From Narcine bancroftii (taxonomy: Eukaryota), in NCBI RefSeq assembly GCF_036971445.1, contig NC_091478.1, forward strand, positions 79,918,001 to 79,982,000: DNA of 64,000 bases, read 5' to 3'. Of this stretch, positions 1-11,673 are shown piece after piece (the stretch's first letter is position 1; each line of letters opens with the position of its first letter). Under the pieces are notes generated by a model that saw nothing but the letters and a program-made list of their open reading frames with translations, was not told the origin of the DNA and did no database searches. The position numbers and the translations under genes are program-made.

Positions 1-502
1 AGGAACTCTGTGGTGGCCTGAAAGAAAGAGGTTATCATCTGGAAAACCTTGATGGGGCAAGTTTCTTCAGCAAGACACTGATGTTGTTGATTAAAAGGGA
101 TCAGTTTGTGTCCAGGAACAACAAATCTCTCTCTGAAAACCAACAAGAACCTTCCTGAATGGTAATCATTCACCTTTCAATTACCAAAGCCTGGTGAACT
201 TCATAAATATTAAATTCTGTGCACAGTATAAGAATTGCCTGCAACCAGTGAACTTGGAGGAATGAGAAGTGAGATTGGACTGTGAATCAAATAACTTCTC
301 TGAACTTGCATACACATGACATACACGTGCCCTTAGAATTAGAAGGCGGCTAAGTTAGGTTAGTTAAATTAATAGTGGTAAGTTAAAGTGTGATCCTGTT
401 TTCATGTTTAAAGATAATTAAAAGCAACTTTTCTTTAAGTAACCATTTGTCTTACTGAATACTTATTGCTGCTGGGTTTTGGGGTCCTCTGGGCTCATAA
501 CA
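1..502 (+). mobile_element. 3' part of LTR family A (same family as 15181-17772, 21587-22202, 25280-26202)
   Basis: Shares long blocks (aggaactctgtggt..., accaaagcctggtgaact..., aaagataattaaaagcaac) and ends ...gggctcataaCA. Confidence 0.85.
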
Positions 503-3500
503 GCTGTATCACTTTGGAAGTCGGAGAAACATTAAATTAACCTTTACTAAATTTAGTATCTTTTATTGGATAATGATGCTGACACATTGTGTTAGTTGAA
601 TTGACCTAAAAATATTTTGATGCTGATTTTTGTTTAAACTCAGCAGCATCTGTTGCATCTTGTGTCAGTCTCCAACAATAATTGGCCAGTGTGAACGGAT
701 TCTGGTTGCCCTAATACCGCTTTTCTCTGGTCACAATGTCCTGGTGAAACCTTTCACCACGTTCGTCACTGACTGCTCCAAGCATTGATGTGAAGAAAAG
801 AGTTGGAAGTTATGCAGTCTCTCATTCCGGATATGAGATAATGACATGATAAAAATTAGGCCGCTGTCAAATATCTTCACTTGACTGCAAAAAAAATCTT
901 CAAAATGTACGTGCTAGGAATCTGAAATTTTAAAAAAAAAGCTAGACAAATTCAATAGTTCAGGTAGTCCACCATTTCAGACCCAGGAACCTTTGTCAGA
1001 ACTGGGAAAGAGGGAATCAATTCATTTTTAAAAAAAGAGAAAGTGTGCAAGAGATGAGTTGAACAAATGGACTATCTAAAGGGTTAATAAAGGTCATTAC
1101 AAGCATATTAAACAACTTTTTTTGTGACAGTCTTTCAAACTAATGTGTGCGCTCTGCCGTTCGCAATGACGTGATTTTCAGATCGGATTATTTGCCACAC
1201 CTTCAAAAGAACATTTACACTACTGCCCCTAGTTGTTTCCGCATTAAATTGCAAATATTCAATGTTATTTCAGTAAATTAAAATCTAAGAATTCAGAGGC
1301 ATACCTTCCAGTTATTGAACGGCAAGTTTTGGATATCACAAAGACCTAGCTCAACCAGAATGAGCATGTGAATGCAATGCAAAAAATACTAAACGAGAAC
1401 TTTTGTTTTTAGACTCAACAGGAAATAGAGAGAATCCTTCCACTTCTTTGGCACTTCCGTTGCTGGTTAGTTTTAAAACAGGACATTACCACATACTCAA
1501 TAACTAAAATAGAAAATATGCAACCATGTAAATCTTATTTTCTACTTTGTAAACAGTTTTGCAATTTTTCACATGAACATATACTGCAAATCAAAAAAAA
1601 GGATAACACCAAATGCACTTCCAGTAAGCAAAGCAAAAATGTGAACATGTTATCTGCAGATCTTTTTCTGATCTGACTCTGATCTCAATTAGCAAGATTT
1701 TAACTAAGTAATTGTACATTGCACAAAATGTCGAATGGGAAGCATTTGCTCAAAAGATTATTTAGAAAATTAGAATTAATCAATAGAGATGCTTAGCTGC
1801 TAATCAAACAGATGCGGGGGTGGGGGGGGATACACTTATCACCTTGTCAATCTACTGTTGAGAGAAGTTCTGTAATAGTAATGTTCTAAAGAGCAACTGC
1901 AGCTCAAGATGACAAGATGCACAGTACCCCAATGGTCTTGGGAATAATTCTTAATCTCAGGAAAGCTACAATGCAAAAACCGGCCAGCAGAGGGCAAATA
2001 CTTGGAAAAAACAAATAAAACACAAACTGCAATGAAAGAGTTCTAAAACCAATAAACTTCCAGTTTCAAAAAGTAATGCGGAGGAAAAATATCTTCTTAA
2101 AGGCCAATAATTATTGCCATTTTAGATGAACTGAATGAATGGTTCACAGCTAGCTTATTTTGAAAACCATATTTTCTCCATTTTATTGATATTATTCCAT
2201 CATTGCATAAACAGGTACACTGCTAACCAATAATTTTAGCAATCCTTCCTTTTATCCGAAGGTTAAAATACTTGAATCTAAAGTGGTGGTTTTGGCATAA
2301 TGTTTACTTTGTAGAGCTTGTACAGAATCTGATACTCAAAACAGCTGATTAGTTTCTGTGAACCAAAGAACCACTTTGTTATGTGATTCTTCCAAAAGTC
2401 CCTTGACAAATTTTCATAATTAATAGTGATCATTTGGAGAAGATCTTTCCTGAGGTACCATAAAATTTGTCAAGCACAGTCAATAACACAGCTCGAACAT
2501 TTTTAGGTTAAGGTATTAAAGGAACCAAAATATTTATTTTCTAATGAAACGGGAATGACAGAATTAGGAGAGGTTTACTTAGACTTTTGAGTCTATTCAT
2601 CACTCAAGATAGCAGCTGTTTTTTTTTCTGCTCAATTTTCTTCACAACCTCGTGGCCCCCAATGCCTTTACATCAAGAAATTGTTCAATGACTCATGTGA
2701 TTGGACTAAGATATATTGAAGTAGATAATCCAACATTTCAGCTCATTATATTCTATCTGCAATATACTTACCCATTCACTCTTCTTGAATATGTCCCTTT
2801 GAAGCTTCTTTACTCACAATCCCTTTTGTATCATCAGCTAACTTGGACAGTCCTTCCTTGCTACAGATGTAAATATCTAGCACTCAAGCACAAGACCTCA
2901 GTACCCCATATGTGAAGGATTTGTGCAAATGGGTGCTTGATGGTTGGTATGATCTTGGGCCATTGGACTCTGTTTCCATGCTGTCTCTATGCTCATAGAA
3001 GCAAACCCTTTAACCCATTGAGTCCCTTTAGCCCACTGAGTCTGTGCACCATCAGGTACATTTATTTTCTAAAATTCCCATTAGCTCACCTACACTGCAG
3101 TGGAAAATTAACCTGTATTGCCAGTGGATACTGAAAGAGAAAGCGGAAATCCATTCAGTCACATGGAACTGTGTTGGATGTTCCTCCATGTGAAAAGAGG
3201 ACCTTGTCACCCTTGCACGGTGTCACTTTGACCAAAATTGCAGACTAATAGATCTATCAAAGATATTGAGGACAAAGTCAAATTGGTTTATCCAAGCACG
3301 ATGATTCATTCACCTCAAGCTACAGATTATTCAGGACTCTGTCAGCACAGTCTTGCAATGGTGTCAACAAGCTACTTTTAACAATGAACAACAAACCTTC
3401 TACCCCATAATCGCCTACCAACCCCTACAGAGAACATTCTATGTCCTCGCTACTTTCAGAATTTCTGATGGTTATTCTACTAAGTACAAGATAATCAAGA

Positions 3501-4344
3501 AGTTTCCTTGTCATTATTTGACCTGATATCACTAGTAAGGACCCCATGGGCTACTTCTTCCCACCTATGCACAACTGTGCCATCACCTCAGGTGAGTCTA
3601 TCCTGCTGGTTTGACAAGGGAATCTAATAGATCAGGGATTCCAATGTGGGTAGTCTAGAGCATTGCAATGGATGATTCAGCAAGTATGGCTGGTCGGCTA
3701 TTACTTGTTCAGTCAATGGAATAGTTCTTAGTTCTTCCAAATTACACACCAGTCCCACATGTGTGAGGATGGAACTGGGTTGGAAGTAATTTTACTGCAG
3801 CTGTATTAGGTGACTATTTTGAAACCAGGTGGTTCATGGTGTTTTATGCCTTCCAAGTTTGAAGGCATCAGCAATGGTACAGGCCAGTGGCTTGCTTGGC
3901 CACTTTAGAGAGCATTTAAGATACAACCACATGGGTTGGTCTCATTTTGAATCACAGGTAGATTTGAAAAGACATTCTATCCACATCCTGCCTTGACCTA
4001 CAAATATGTCTTTGCAATAAAATCACTTTCCTCCTCCTTCCTCAAGATTAGTTGGTGGTTTTCCCCTCCATCACCCCCACCCTCCAAATGCAAGAACATT
4101 AAACTGAATTTGAATTCCAGAATTGCCATGACAGAACTTGAAATTGCTTATCCATGTCTCTGGATTACAGGTTTTGTAATTTAATCTCTGTACCTTGTGC
4201 ATTTTTTTAGAAATGTTTTTAATATTAAACAGCATATGTGCCTACCATTCTCATTAAATTGCAATCTAATTAAATGTACTGAAGAAATAAGAAACAAATA
4301 GAAGGATTTTCTGAGAATGATTCAGCCCATATGACATGAAACAC

Positions 4345-4915
4345 AAAAGTCTGCAGGCACTGTGATGTAGTAAAAGCAGAGATGCTGGAGGAACTCAGCC
4401 GGTCTCGCAGCTTCCATAGGAGGTAAAGATATACAGGTATTACCAACTTTTCGGGCTTGAGCCCTTCTTCCTCAAAGAACAAGAGGTAGGTGTCAGTACA
4501 GAAGGGTCAGTTGGGGAAAAAGGGAAGAATGGCACAGGAAGGAATATAGTGTAACATACAAGTTAGTTAGATACAAGGAGAGGAGAAGTGAAAACAGAGT
4601 TTGGCTCTATGAAAGGAGATGAGGAAATGGGAAGAGAGAGAACAAGACGGAACAAGAGGATGGGAGACATGTGGAAAGATTTTGGGGTGGAGGGGGGGCT
4701 TCTTTAGGAAACTAGAGAAGGCTATGTTAATTTGGCAGGTGCCCAGATAGAAAACAAGGCATTGTTCCTCCAATTTACGAGAGGTCTCAGTCTTGCCGTC
4801 TATGAGACCATGGACAGACCTTTCAGCAAGGGAATGAGGCAGGGAATTGAAATGGGTAGCCACTGGGAGATACACGCTATTGTGGCAGACAGTGCTGAGG
4901 TATTCAATGAATGCT
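4345..4915 (-). mobile_element. Penelope-like element 3' end / pseudo-LTR fragment
   Basis: gatgctggaggaactcagc...tttcgggcttgagcccttc motif plus a degraded GIY-YIG C-terminus (PVATHFNSLPHS...LEEQCLVFYLGT in ORF 4567..4875). Confidence 0.7.
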
Positions 4916-5047
4916 CAACACTATATAAACTTATGATTCTTCAAATTGTTTCTTTTTCTGAGTGTTGCTTAGAAATTTAATTTTCTGAACAAACTAGCCA
5001 TCATCGAACTTTATTTCTACTGCGAGATTAATTGACAAAAAACTTAC

Positions 5048-5082
5048 GCACTATGTCCTTGCCAAGTCCAAGTAACTGTATC
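5048..5082 (-). CDS. LPCAT2: LPCAT2 coding exon 7 (DTVTWTWQGHSA); gene continues left of the window
   Basis: Acceptor tttttctgcag, donor GC|gtaagt, 35 nt. DTVTWTWQG is highly conserved in LPCAT1/2. No convincing exon 8 found in 1-5047. Confidence 0.93.
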
Positions 5083-5752
5083 CTGCAGAAAAACATTTTG
5101 TAAGTTATTTAAAGCCTCAAATCAATCTTTTCTAAAGAGCAAGTCATTTATACTTATTTAATCTTACTACTGGTACTTATTTATTTGTAATTATTTAATC
5201 TTTGCATTACAAGTTTTGTGCAAATAAAAGCTTGATCTCCAAAACAGAAATGTTCAAGGTGCTACTGACTGAAAAGTTTAAAAACAAGCACTAATTATTC
5301 AATTTATTTTTCATTTAAAATGGCATTTTTTTTCCTAAATAAACAAGAGAACTTTATCCTTGAAATGAACTGCTGATTCACAAGTGAAGATTTCTTGTCT
5401 TGAGAAGGTAGCATGAATTCTATGTATAATTCACTCAATTATCATTGATTGCTCAATACTGCTCCCAGTGCAAGAACATTACACATCAAATTAAATTCTT
5501 TATTATGGAAGATCAACTTAGTGGGCAATCACTACCATGAATTCCCCAACAACAGAGTAGAATCGATCCTTTTACTCAAAATCAGATTTCGAGTCTCAGG
5601 TTGATATTAGCTTCATTGTTTATGGTCTGGGCCATTTACAAGCCCTGAAAGGGCAGTCGAATTTATTTTTATATTCATGACAATAGTTGATGATTGTAAA
5701 TTGATTAATATCAGTGTGAATCTCCATGGCCATCATTGCACAGAATCAGGTC

Positions 5753-5926
5753 CTTCTTCTTCTTTCTTTGGCTTGGCTTCGCGGACGAAGATTTATGGAG
5801 GGGGTAAATATCCACGTCAGCTGCAGGCTCGTTTGTGGCTGACAAGTCCGATGCGGGACAGGCAGACACGGTTGCAGTGGTTGCAGGGGAAAATTGGTTG
5901 GTTGGGGTTGGGTGTTGGGTTTTTCC
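5753..5926 (-). mobile_element. RTE-clade LINE 3' end (short copy)
   Basis: Near-identical to 37741-37900; (GAA)n tail. Confidence 0.9.
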
Positions 5927-6440
5927 TTCACCTCACCATTAATCACTGATCTCACTTTATTTGCCTCACATTCTCAACTTCCCCAAATTCTACCAAAACA
6001 CTAGGGATAATTAACCTACCAAAACCCACATCCTTATGATGTGAGAGGAAATAGGAGCAGCTGAAGTAAACCCACATGTTTAAAGAGAGAACATGCAAAC
6101 TGCATATTTTTTTTCAATTTTCTCAAGGACTTGCATGCTTGTGAATAGCAGGTATAAAGACAAACACTCAATTACTTTGTCAGTTGGGTAAGCCGAGGAA
6201 GGCATGGTTTATCTGGCTTGCATTACAATCTTGCGGACAAGGTTTGTGACTGAAGAAGCATTTACAACGGGAAAGGATCTGCATTGTGAAAGGCCTTGCA
6301 GATCTCTTTGGGAACTATTTATTCAAAGAAGTTTGCATTAGGGGACACATTTCCAAGGATGACCAAGTTTTCTGCAAGGCTGAATGAGTCTTTTCCCCTC
6401 AAATAATGACAAAATAGCATGCATGCAAAAAAAAACTCAC

Positions 6441-6499
6441 CTGTCTATTTGGATATCGAATGAGTACTGGTTGAACAGGAACTCCTGGAATAAAAGCAC
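6441..6499 (-). CDS. LPCAT2: LPCAT2 coding exon 6 (GAFIPGVPVQPVLIRYPNRQ), motif IV
   Basis: Acceptor tgtgtttgcag, donor CAG|gtgagt, 59 nt, phase 1 to 0. Confidence 0.95.
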
Positions 6500-7049
6500 C
6501 TGCAAACACAAGGAACCATTAGCATTAGAAAACTCAGTAAAGTGTGTATTATGTCATCTTATTCTTCTGGCTACCCATCCCATAGAATGATAATGGTTTC
6601 TTTCAGTCAGTTTGTGGGGTTTGATGAGAGGATACCCCACTCCGCAGAAAGAAATAGTGTGTGCATGAATGGATTTAGGTGAGTAGGGGGCTGCACAGGT
6701 CCAGACCCAAGATCTTGACATCCCCTCCCGGATCCAGCAGCATGGTGAGGTCCAAGAAGGCTGGGGAAAGTTCTGTGGCAATGAATGGCCAGACCAAGCT
6801 TAGATGGAAGGGATACCCTTTCCGTGCTTCACGGCTTATGTTTGCTTGATGGCCGTTGACCCAACAAAAAGGTTTGTCCACCTTTTGACAGGTCTTGTTT
6901 TTCATCCCGCAGGGTGTTTAGTCACCCTTTGTACCAGGCAAGCCTGATGGGGGAGCCAGTTTAGTTGATTACCACCCGATAATGTTACAGGTAGTAGGGG
7001 GTTACATGGTACCAATAGCACTCAGACAAGTGATCTGACATGTCATCTT

Positions 7050-7301
7050 GACCCAGACTTTAAAGGAAGAGCATGGTGACTTGAGAGCAAGAGGATTACC
7101 ATAAATGTTCTAGTATAATGCAAAAGATTTTGTACTGAAATTCAAGCTAAAAGTAGGGGGCGGGGCGGGGGGAGAGACCCAGACTTTAAAGGAAGAGCAT
7201 GGTGACTTGAGAGCAAGAGGATTACCATAAATGTTCTAGTATAATGCAAAAGATTTTGTACTGAAATTCAAGCTAAAATTAGGGGGCGGGGTGGGGGGAG
7301 A
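7050..7301. repeat. 126-bp tandem duplication including the MITE left end and the seed of the 29-bp minisatellite
   Basis: gacccagactttaaagg...ggggggagagac occurs at 7050 and 7176. Confidence 0.9.
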
Positions 7302-9455
7302 GACGGCAGCGCGGCTGGGGCGGGGGGAGAGACGGCAGCGCGGCTGGGGCGGGGGGAGAGACGGCAGCGCGGCTGGGGCGGGGGGAGAGACGGCAGCGCG
7401 GCTGGGGCGGGGGGAGAGACGGCAGCGCGGCTGGGGCGGGGGGAGAGACGGCAGCGCGGCTGGGGCGGGGGGAGAGACGGCAGCGCGGCTGGGGCGGGGG
7501 GAGAGACGGCAGCGCGGCTGGGGCGGGGGGAGAGACGGCAGCGCGGCTGGGGCGGGGGGAGAGACGGCAGCGCGGCTGGGGCGGGGGGAGAGACGGCAGC
7601 GCGGCTGGGGCGGGGGGAGAGACGGCAGCGCGGCTGGGGCGGGGGGAGAGACGGCAGCGCGGCTGGGGCGGGGGGAGAGACGGCAGCGCGGCAGGGGCGG
7701 GGGGAGAGACGGCAGCGCGGCAGGGGCGGGGGGAGAGACGGCAGCGCGGCTGGGGCGGGGGGAGAGACGGCAGCGCGGCTGGGGCGGGGGGAGAGACGGC
7801 AGCGCGGCTGGGGCGGGGGGAGAGACGGCAGCGCGGCTGGGGCGGGGGGAGAGACGGCAGCGCGGCTGGGGCGGGGGGAGAGACGGCAGCGCGGCTGGGG
7901 CGGGGGGAGAGACGGCAGCGCGGCTGGGGCGGGGGGAGAGACGGCAGCGCGGCTGGGGCGGGGGGAGAGACGGCAGCGCGGCTGGGGCGGGGGGAGAGAC
8001 GGCAGCGCGGCTGGGGCGGGGGGAGAGACGGCAGCGCGGCTGGGGCGGGGGGAGAGACGGCAGCGCGGCTGGGGCGGGGGGAGAGACGGCAGCGCGGCTG
8101 GGGCGGGGGGAGAGACGGCAGCGCGGCTGGGGCGGGGGGAGAGACGGCAGCGCGGCTGGGGCGGGGGGAGAGACGGCAGCGCGGCTGGGGCGGGGGGAGA
8201 GACGGCAGCGCGGCTGGGGCGGGGGGAGAGACGGCAGCGCGGCTGGGGCGGGGGGAGAGACGGCAGCGCGGCTGGGGCGGGGGGAGAGACGGCAGCGCGG
8301 CTGGGGCGGGGGGAGAGACGGCAGCGCGGCTGGGGCGGGGGGAGAGACGGCAGCGCGGCTGGGGCGGGGGGAGAGACGGCAGCGCGGCTGGGGCGGGGGG
8401 AGAGACGGCAGCGCGGCTGGGGCGGGGGGAGAGACGGCAGCGCGGCTGGGGCGGGGGGAGAGACGGCAGCGCGGCTGGGGCGGGGGGAGAGACGGCAGCG
8501 CGGCTGGGGCGGGGGGAGAGACGGCAGCGCGGCTGGGGCGGGGGGAGAGACGGCAGCGCGGCTGGGGCGGGGGGAGAGACGGCAGCGCGGCTGGGGCGGG
8601 GGGAGAGACGGCAGCGCGGCTGGGGCGGGGGGAGAGACGGCAGCGCGGCTGGGGCGGGGGGAGAGACGGCAGCGCGGCTGGGGCGGGGGGAGAGACGGCA
8701 GCGCGGCTGGGGCGGGGGGAGAGACGGCAGCGCGGCTGGGGCGGGGGGAGAGACGGCAGCGCGGCTGGGGCGGGGGGAGAGACGGCAGCGCGGCTGGGGC
8801 GGGGGGAGAGACGGCAGCGCGGCTGGGGCGGGGGGAGAGACGGCAGCGCGGCTGGGGCGGGGGGAGAGACGGCAGCGCGGCTGGGGCGGGGGGAGAGACG
8901 GCAGCGCGGCTGGGGCGGGGGGAGAGACGGCAGCGCGGCTGGGGCGGGGGGAGAGACGGCAGCGCGGCTGGGGCGGGGGGAGAGACGGCAGCGCGGCTGG
9001 GGCGGGGGGAGAGACGGCAGCGCGGCTGGGGCGGGGGGAGAGACGGCAGCGCGGCTGGGGCGGGGGGAGAGACGGCAGCGCGGCTGGGGCGGGGGGAGAG
9101 ACGGCAGCGCGGCTGGGGCGGGGGGAGAGACGGCAGCGCGGCTGGGGCGGGGGGAGAGACGGCAGCGCGGCTGGGGCGGGGGGAGAGACGGCAGCGCGGC
9201 TGGGGCGGGGGGAGAGACGGCAGCGCGGCTGGGGCGGGGGGAGAGACGGCAGCGCGGCTGGGGCGGGGGGAGAGACGGCAGCGCGGCTGTGGCGGGTGGG
9301 GAGAGAGACATCAGTGCGAATCAAGCGGGCGAGGCGGGGGGAGAGATGCCAGCGCAAATTGGGCGAGGGGAGGGGGGGTTGTATTATACTTGGGGTAAAA
9401 TTTCCCCCCCTTTTTTTTTTAACCCTCAAAACGCATTATACACAAATATTTATGG
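7225..9455. mobile_element. Tc1/mariner (pogo/Tigger-type) MITE inflated by an internal minisatellite
   Basis: Left TA|CCATAAATGTTCTAGTATAATGC and right GCATTATACACAAATATTTATGG|TG form imperfect TIRs; an internal TIR-like motif (gtattatacttggggtaa) lies at ~9381. Confidence 0.65.
7287..9290. repeat. 29-bp GC-rich minisatellite (GGGGCGGGGGGAGAGACGGCAGCGCGGCT) x ~69
   Basis: Almost perfect array: two adjacent T>A variant units at ~7693 and ~7722, with degenerate units at 9290-9365. Confidence 0.98.
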
Positions 9456-9887
9456 TGAGCAATGTGCTTAGGTTTGAAACCAAGGATGATGAAGAACATT
9501 TAAAAAGAAAATTAGCAGGGCAAAAAGGGGGCCTAAAGTATGAGGTCTTCAATTAAATACTACACAATCATATTTACTCTGGAGAAGGGCATGGAAGCTA
9601 GTGAGTTCTGGGAGGGAACAGTGATATTCTGGAGCACGCCAACATTCAGGAGTTGAAAGGCAGAAATGTGGATATATTTGTCTGATTACCAGATGTATAA
9701 GAGTATGTTATAGGAAGCAAAAAAAGATTGCTGAGGTGCCATCAGAGATTTTTTTGTACCTTCTTTAGCCACAGGTGTTAAGTACATTCCCATTTCAACT
9801 ACTTTTGCAATCCAAGTTTCAAAGATTCTTTGCAAAGTATGCATCTGAAGTAAGAATACAAGCATAAAATTAGGAAAGTTTACGCAC

Positions 9888-9948
9888 CTGATTTGAAAGT
9901 GATTAGGCAGCTGCGATTTGTACAAGTTCCTTCAGGAAAAATCATAAG
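9888..9948 (-). CDS. LPCAT2: LPCAT2 coding exon 5 (LMIFPEGTCTNRSCLITFKSG), acyltransferase motif III
   Basis: Acceptor ttctctttcaag, donor G|gtgcgt, 61 nt. FPEGTCTNR motif. The preceding intron is only 99 nt. Confidence 0.95.
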
Positions 9949-10047
9949 CTTGAAAGAGAAAGAATACTACTTCAACAAAATGGACGATATTGTAGTAGTC
10001 TAGACAAAAATCGAGCAATCTTGTCTACTTAGATCTTTTTCAAATAC

Positions 10048-10160
10048 CTGGGGCCATTTCCCTTTGGATGTTGCACGTTTCATAATCTCTTCAACAGTTT
10101 TCTTTCGGGAATCCGTGTGATTACGACATACTAACACAGGTTGAACACATCGCAGAAATG
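10048..10160 (-). CDS. LPCAT2: LPCAT2 coding exon 4 (SFLRCVQPVLVCRNHTDSRKKTVEEIMKRATSKGKWPQ)
   Basis: Acceptor tgtgttttag, donor CAG|gtattt, 113 nt, phase 1 to 0. Matches the LPCAT QPVLVSR..DSRK..WPQ segment. Confidence 0.95.
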
Positions 10161-11452
10161 CTAAAACACAAGACCACGTTCAATTAAATATTTTACATTT
10201 TTTTAAAAAACTCTCCCTTCACTGGTATAGTGGTTTCTGCTGCATGACTTTAAATATCTTTCAGAAGGGTAAAATGGAGGATTTTTCTCAAATGTAAAGG
10301 GGACAAAATTGCAGAATTAACTAATTTCCATCTAGTCTTTTAGTGGGTATGTGACCAGACAGGTACAGAACAAGACCTTTTGGGCTGCGATCCAGTGCCT
10401 TATCCTTGAAAAAGTCCTCGAAAGCATTTTTTTTGTTTGCTACTGCTAACATCAACCCCCACTTTTTATTGGAAATGAGTATCAAATCAAAGATTTTTAT
10501 CCGAGTTGAACTCCTCTGAGCTGGTTTTATTTAGGACTATGTAATTTGAGCGAACAGGAAGTATTTATACTATTAATTGATCCCAAATTCAAAATTATTC
10601 TTTTAACATGCAATCCCTGATATTTTAATTATGTGTTTCTAACTAAAATAGTTTTAAAAATTATCAAGAGAAAAGTTGCAGGCAGCTGCAGAAGGAGCAA
10701 CTGGTCAGAGCACCAAAAGGAGATTATAACTGCTGACCAAAACTTGATTCTAGATCATAATTAGATGTCAGATTCAAACTTTTTACAGTATGGAGAATGG
10801 AAAATTGGTTAAAAAAAAGAGGTTGATTTGTTATCTCCTGTCTTGGAGCTCAATTCTTAGTTAAGAGATTAAAATGTAAGCATTCCAACCAATCTTTAAT
10901 GTCTACCAAATATATGTGGGAGTATTTTCCCACATATATTTAAGAGAGAAGATGGCAAAATAATTTTGCAATTTACTATATTCGAATGGGGAAGGGTTGG
11001 GAGAAGAGAAGAAAGAGGGAAAATGTTAAAAACATATCAAAGCTTTAACTATGATAAGCAATGGTTACAAGGAAAAACATTGAATCTGAAATAGCTATTC
11101 TAAGAGGCTAATTACCCATATACAAGATTTCAGTTATTACACGAGCCTTCCAGCTGAAGGACAAATCTGTCACAAGATTATTGGAGTCTTCATTACCCCC
11201 CCATCCCCACCCCACCAATTTGTAGATGTTGAATTCTCTTAGCAAAACTAAGAAAATAATGTTTGAAATAGCTTGTGAATACTTCCAGATACAATTTTAA
11301 TCATCTGTATGTTTTTGTATTTTTTACATCAGTATTTCAAACAATATTCTTAAATATGCAGTACGTTAAACCACTAATATCCCTAAAATTCAACAGTTTA
11401 CTGTTTCATTCTTTCCATTGCATTCACATGAATGAGAAAAATAAAAACTTAC

Positions 11453-11673
11453 ATCCAAACAACGGAACATCAGCATTCTCAGCACGTGAGACAATCGATG
11501 GTATACCAGCTACGATATTCACCACTGCATCAAAGTAGCTTGAATGTGGAGCAACAACAAGAATTGGAGCCTCAGTTGCTTCAGCTTTCTTCCCCTTCAC
11601 TTTAATTTGTATGAAACCCATACAAAAGTAAAAGGCACGTCCAAAAACTTGCAATACAACTTGTGAAATATTG
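11453..11673 (-). CDS. LPCAT2: LPCAT2 coding exon 3 with catalytic HxxxxD motif (NISQVVLQVFGRAFYFCMGFIQIKVKGKKAEATEAPILVVAPHSSYFDAVVNIVAGIPSIVSRAENADVPLFG)
   Basis: Acceptor ttttatttgcag, donor T|gtaagt, 221 nt, phase 2 to 1. Acyltransferase motif I is APHSSYFD; AGIPSIVSRAEN is LPCAT2-like. Confidence 0.95.

Noticed and set aside
540-2320. Possible LPCAT2 exon 8 (TMCQ-like at ~585, TLCQ-like at ~2295)
   Set aside because: Wrong phase or in-frame stop, and no match to the expected ..LTxCQxxTxVEVE ending; exon 8 is probably outside the window.
6690-7045. GC-richer segment resembling a LINE 5'UTR
   Set aside because: Could not assign a family or boundaries from sequence alone, so it is not reported as a feature.
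7236-9471. Three ~700-aa Pro/Arg- or Gly/Arg-rich ORFs
   Set aside because: They are translations of a stop-free 29-bp minisatellite in an intron; no unique coding sequence or splice context.
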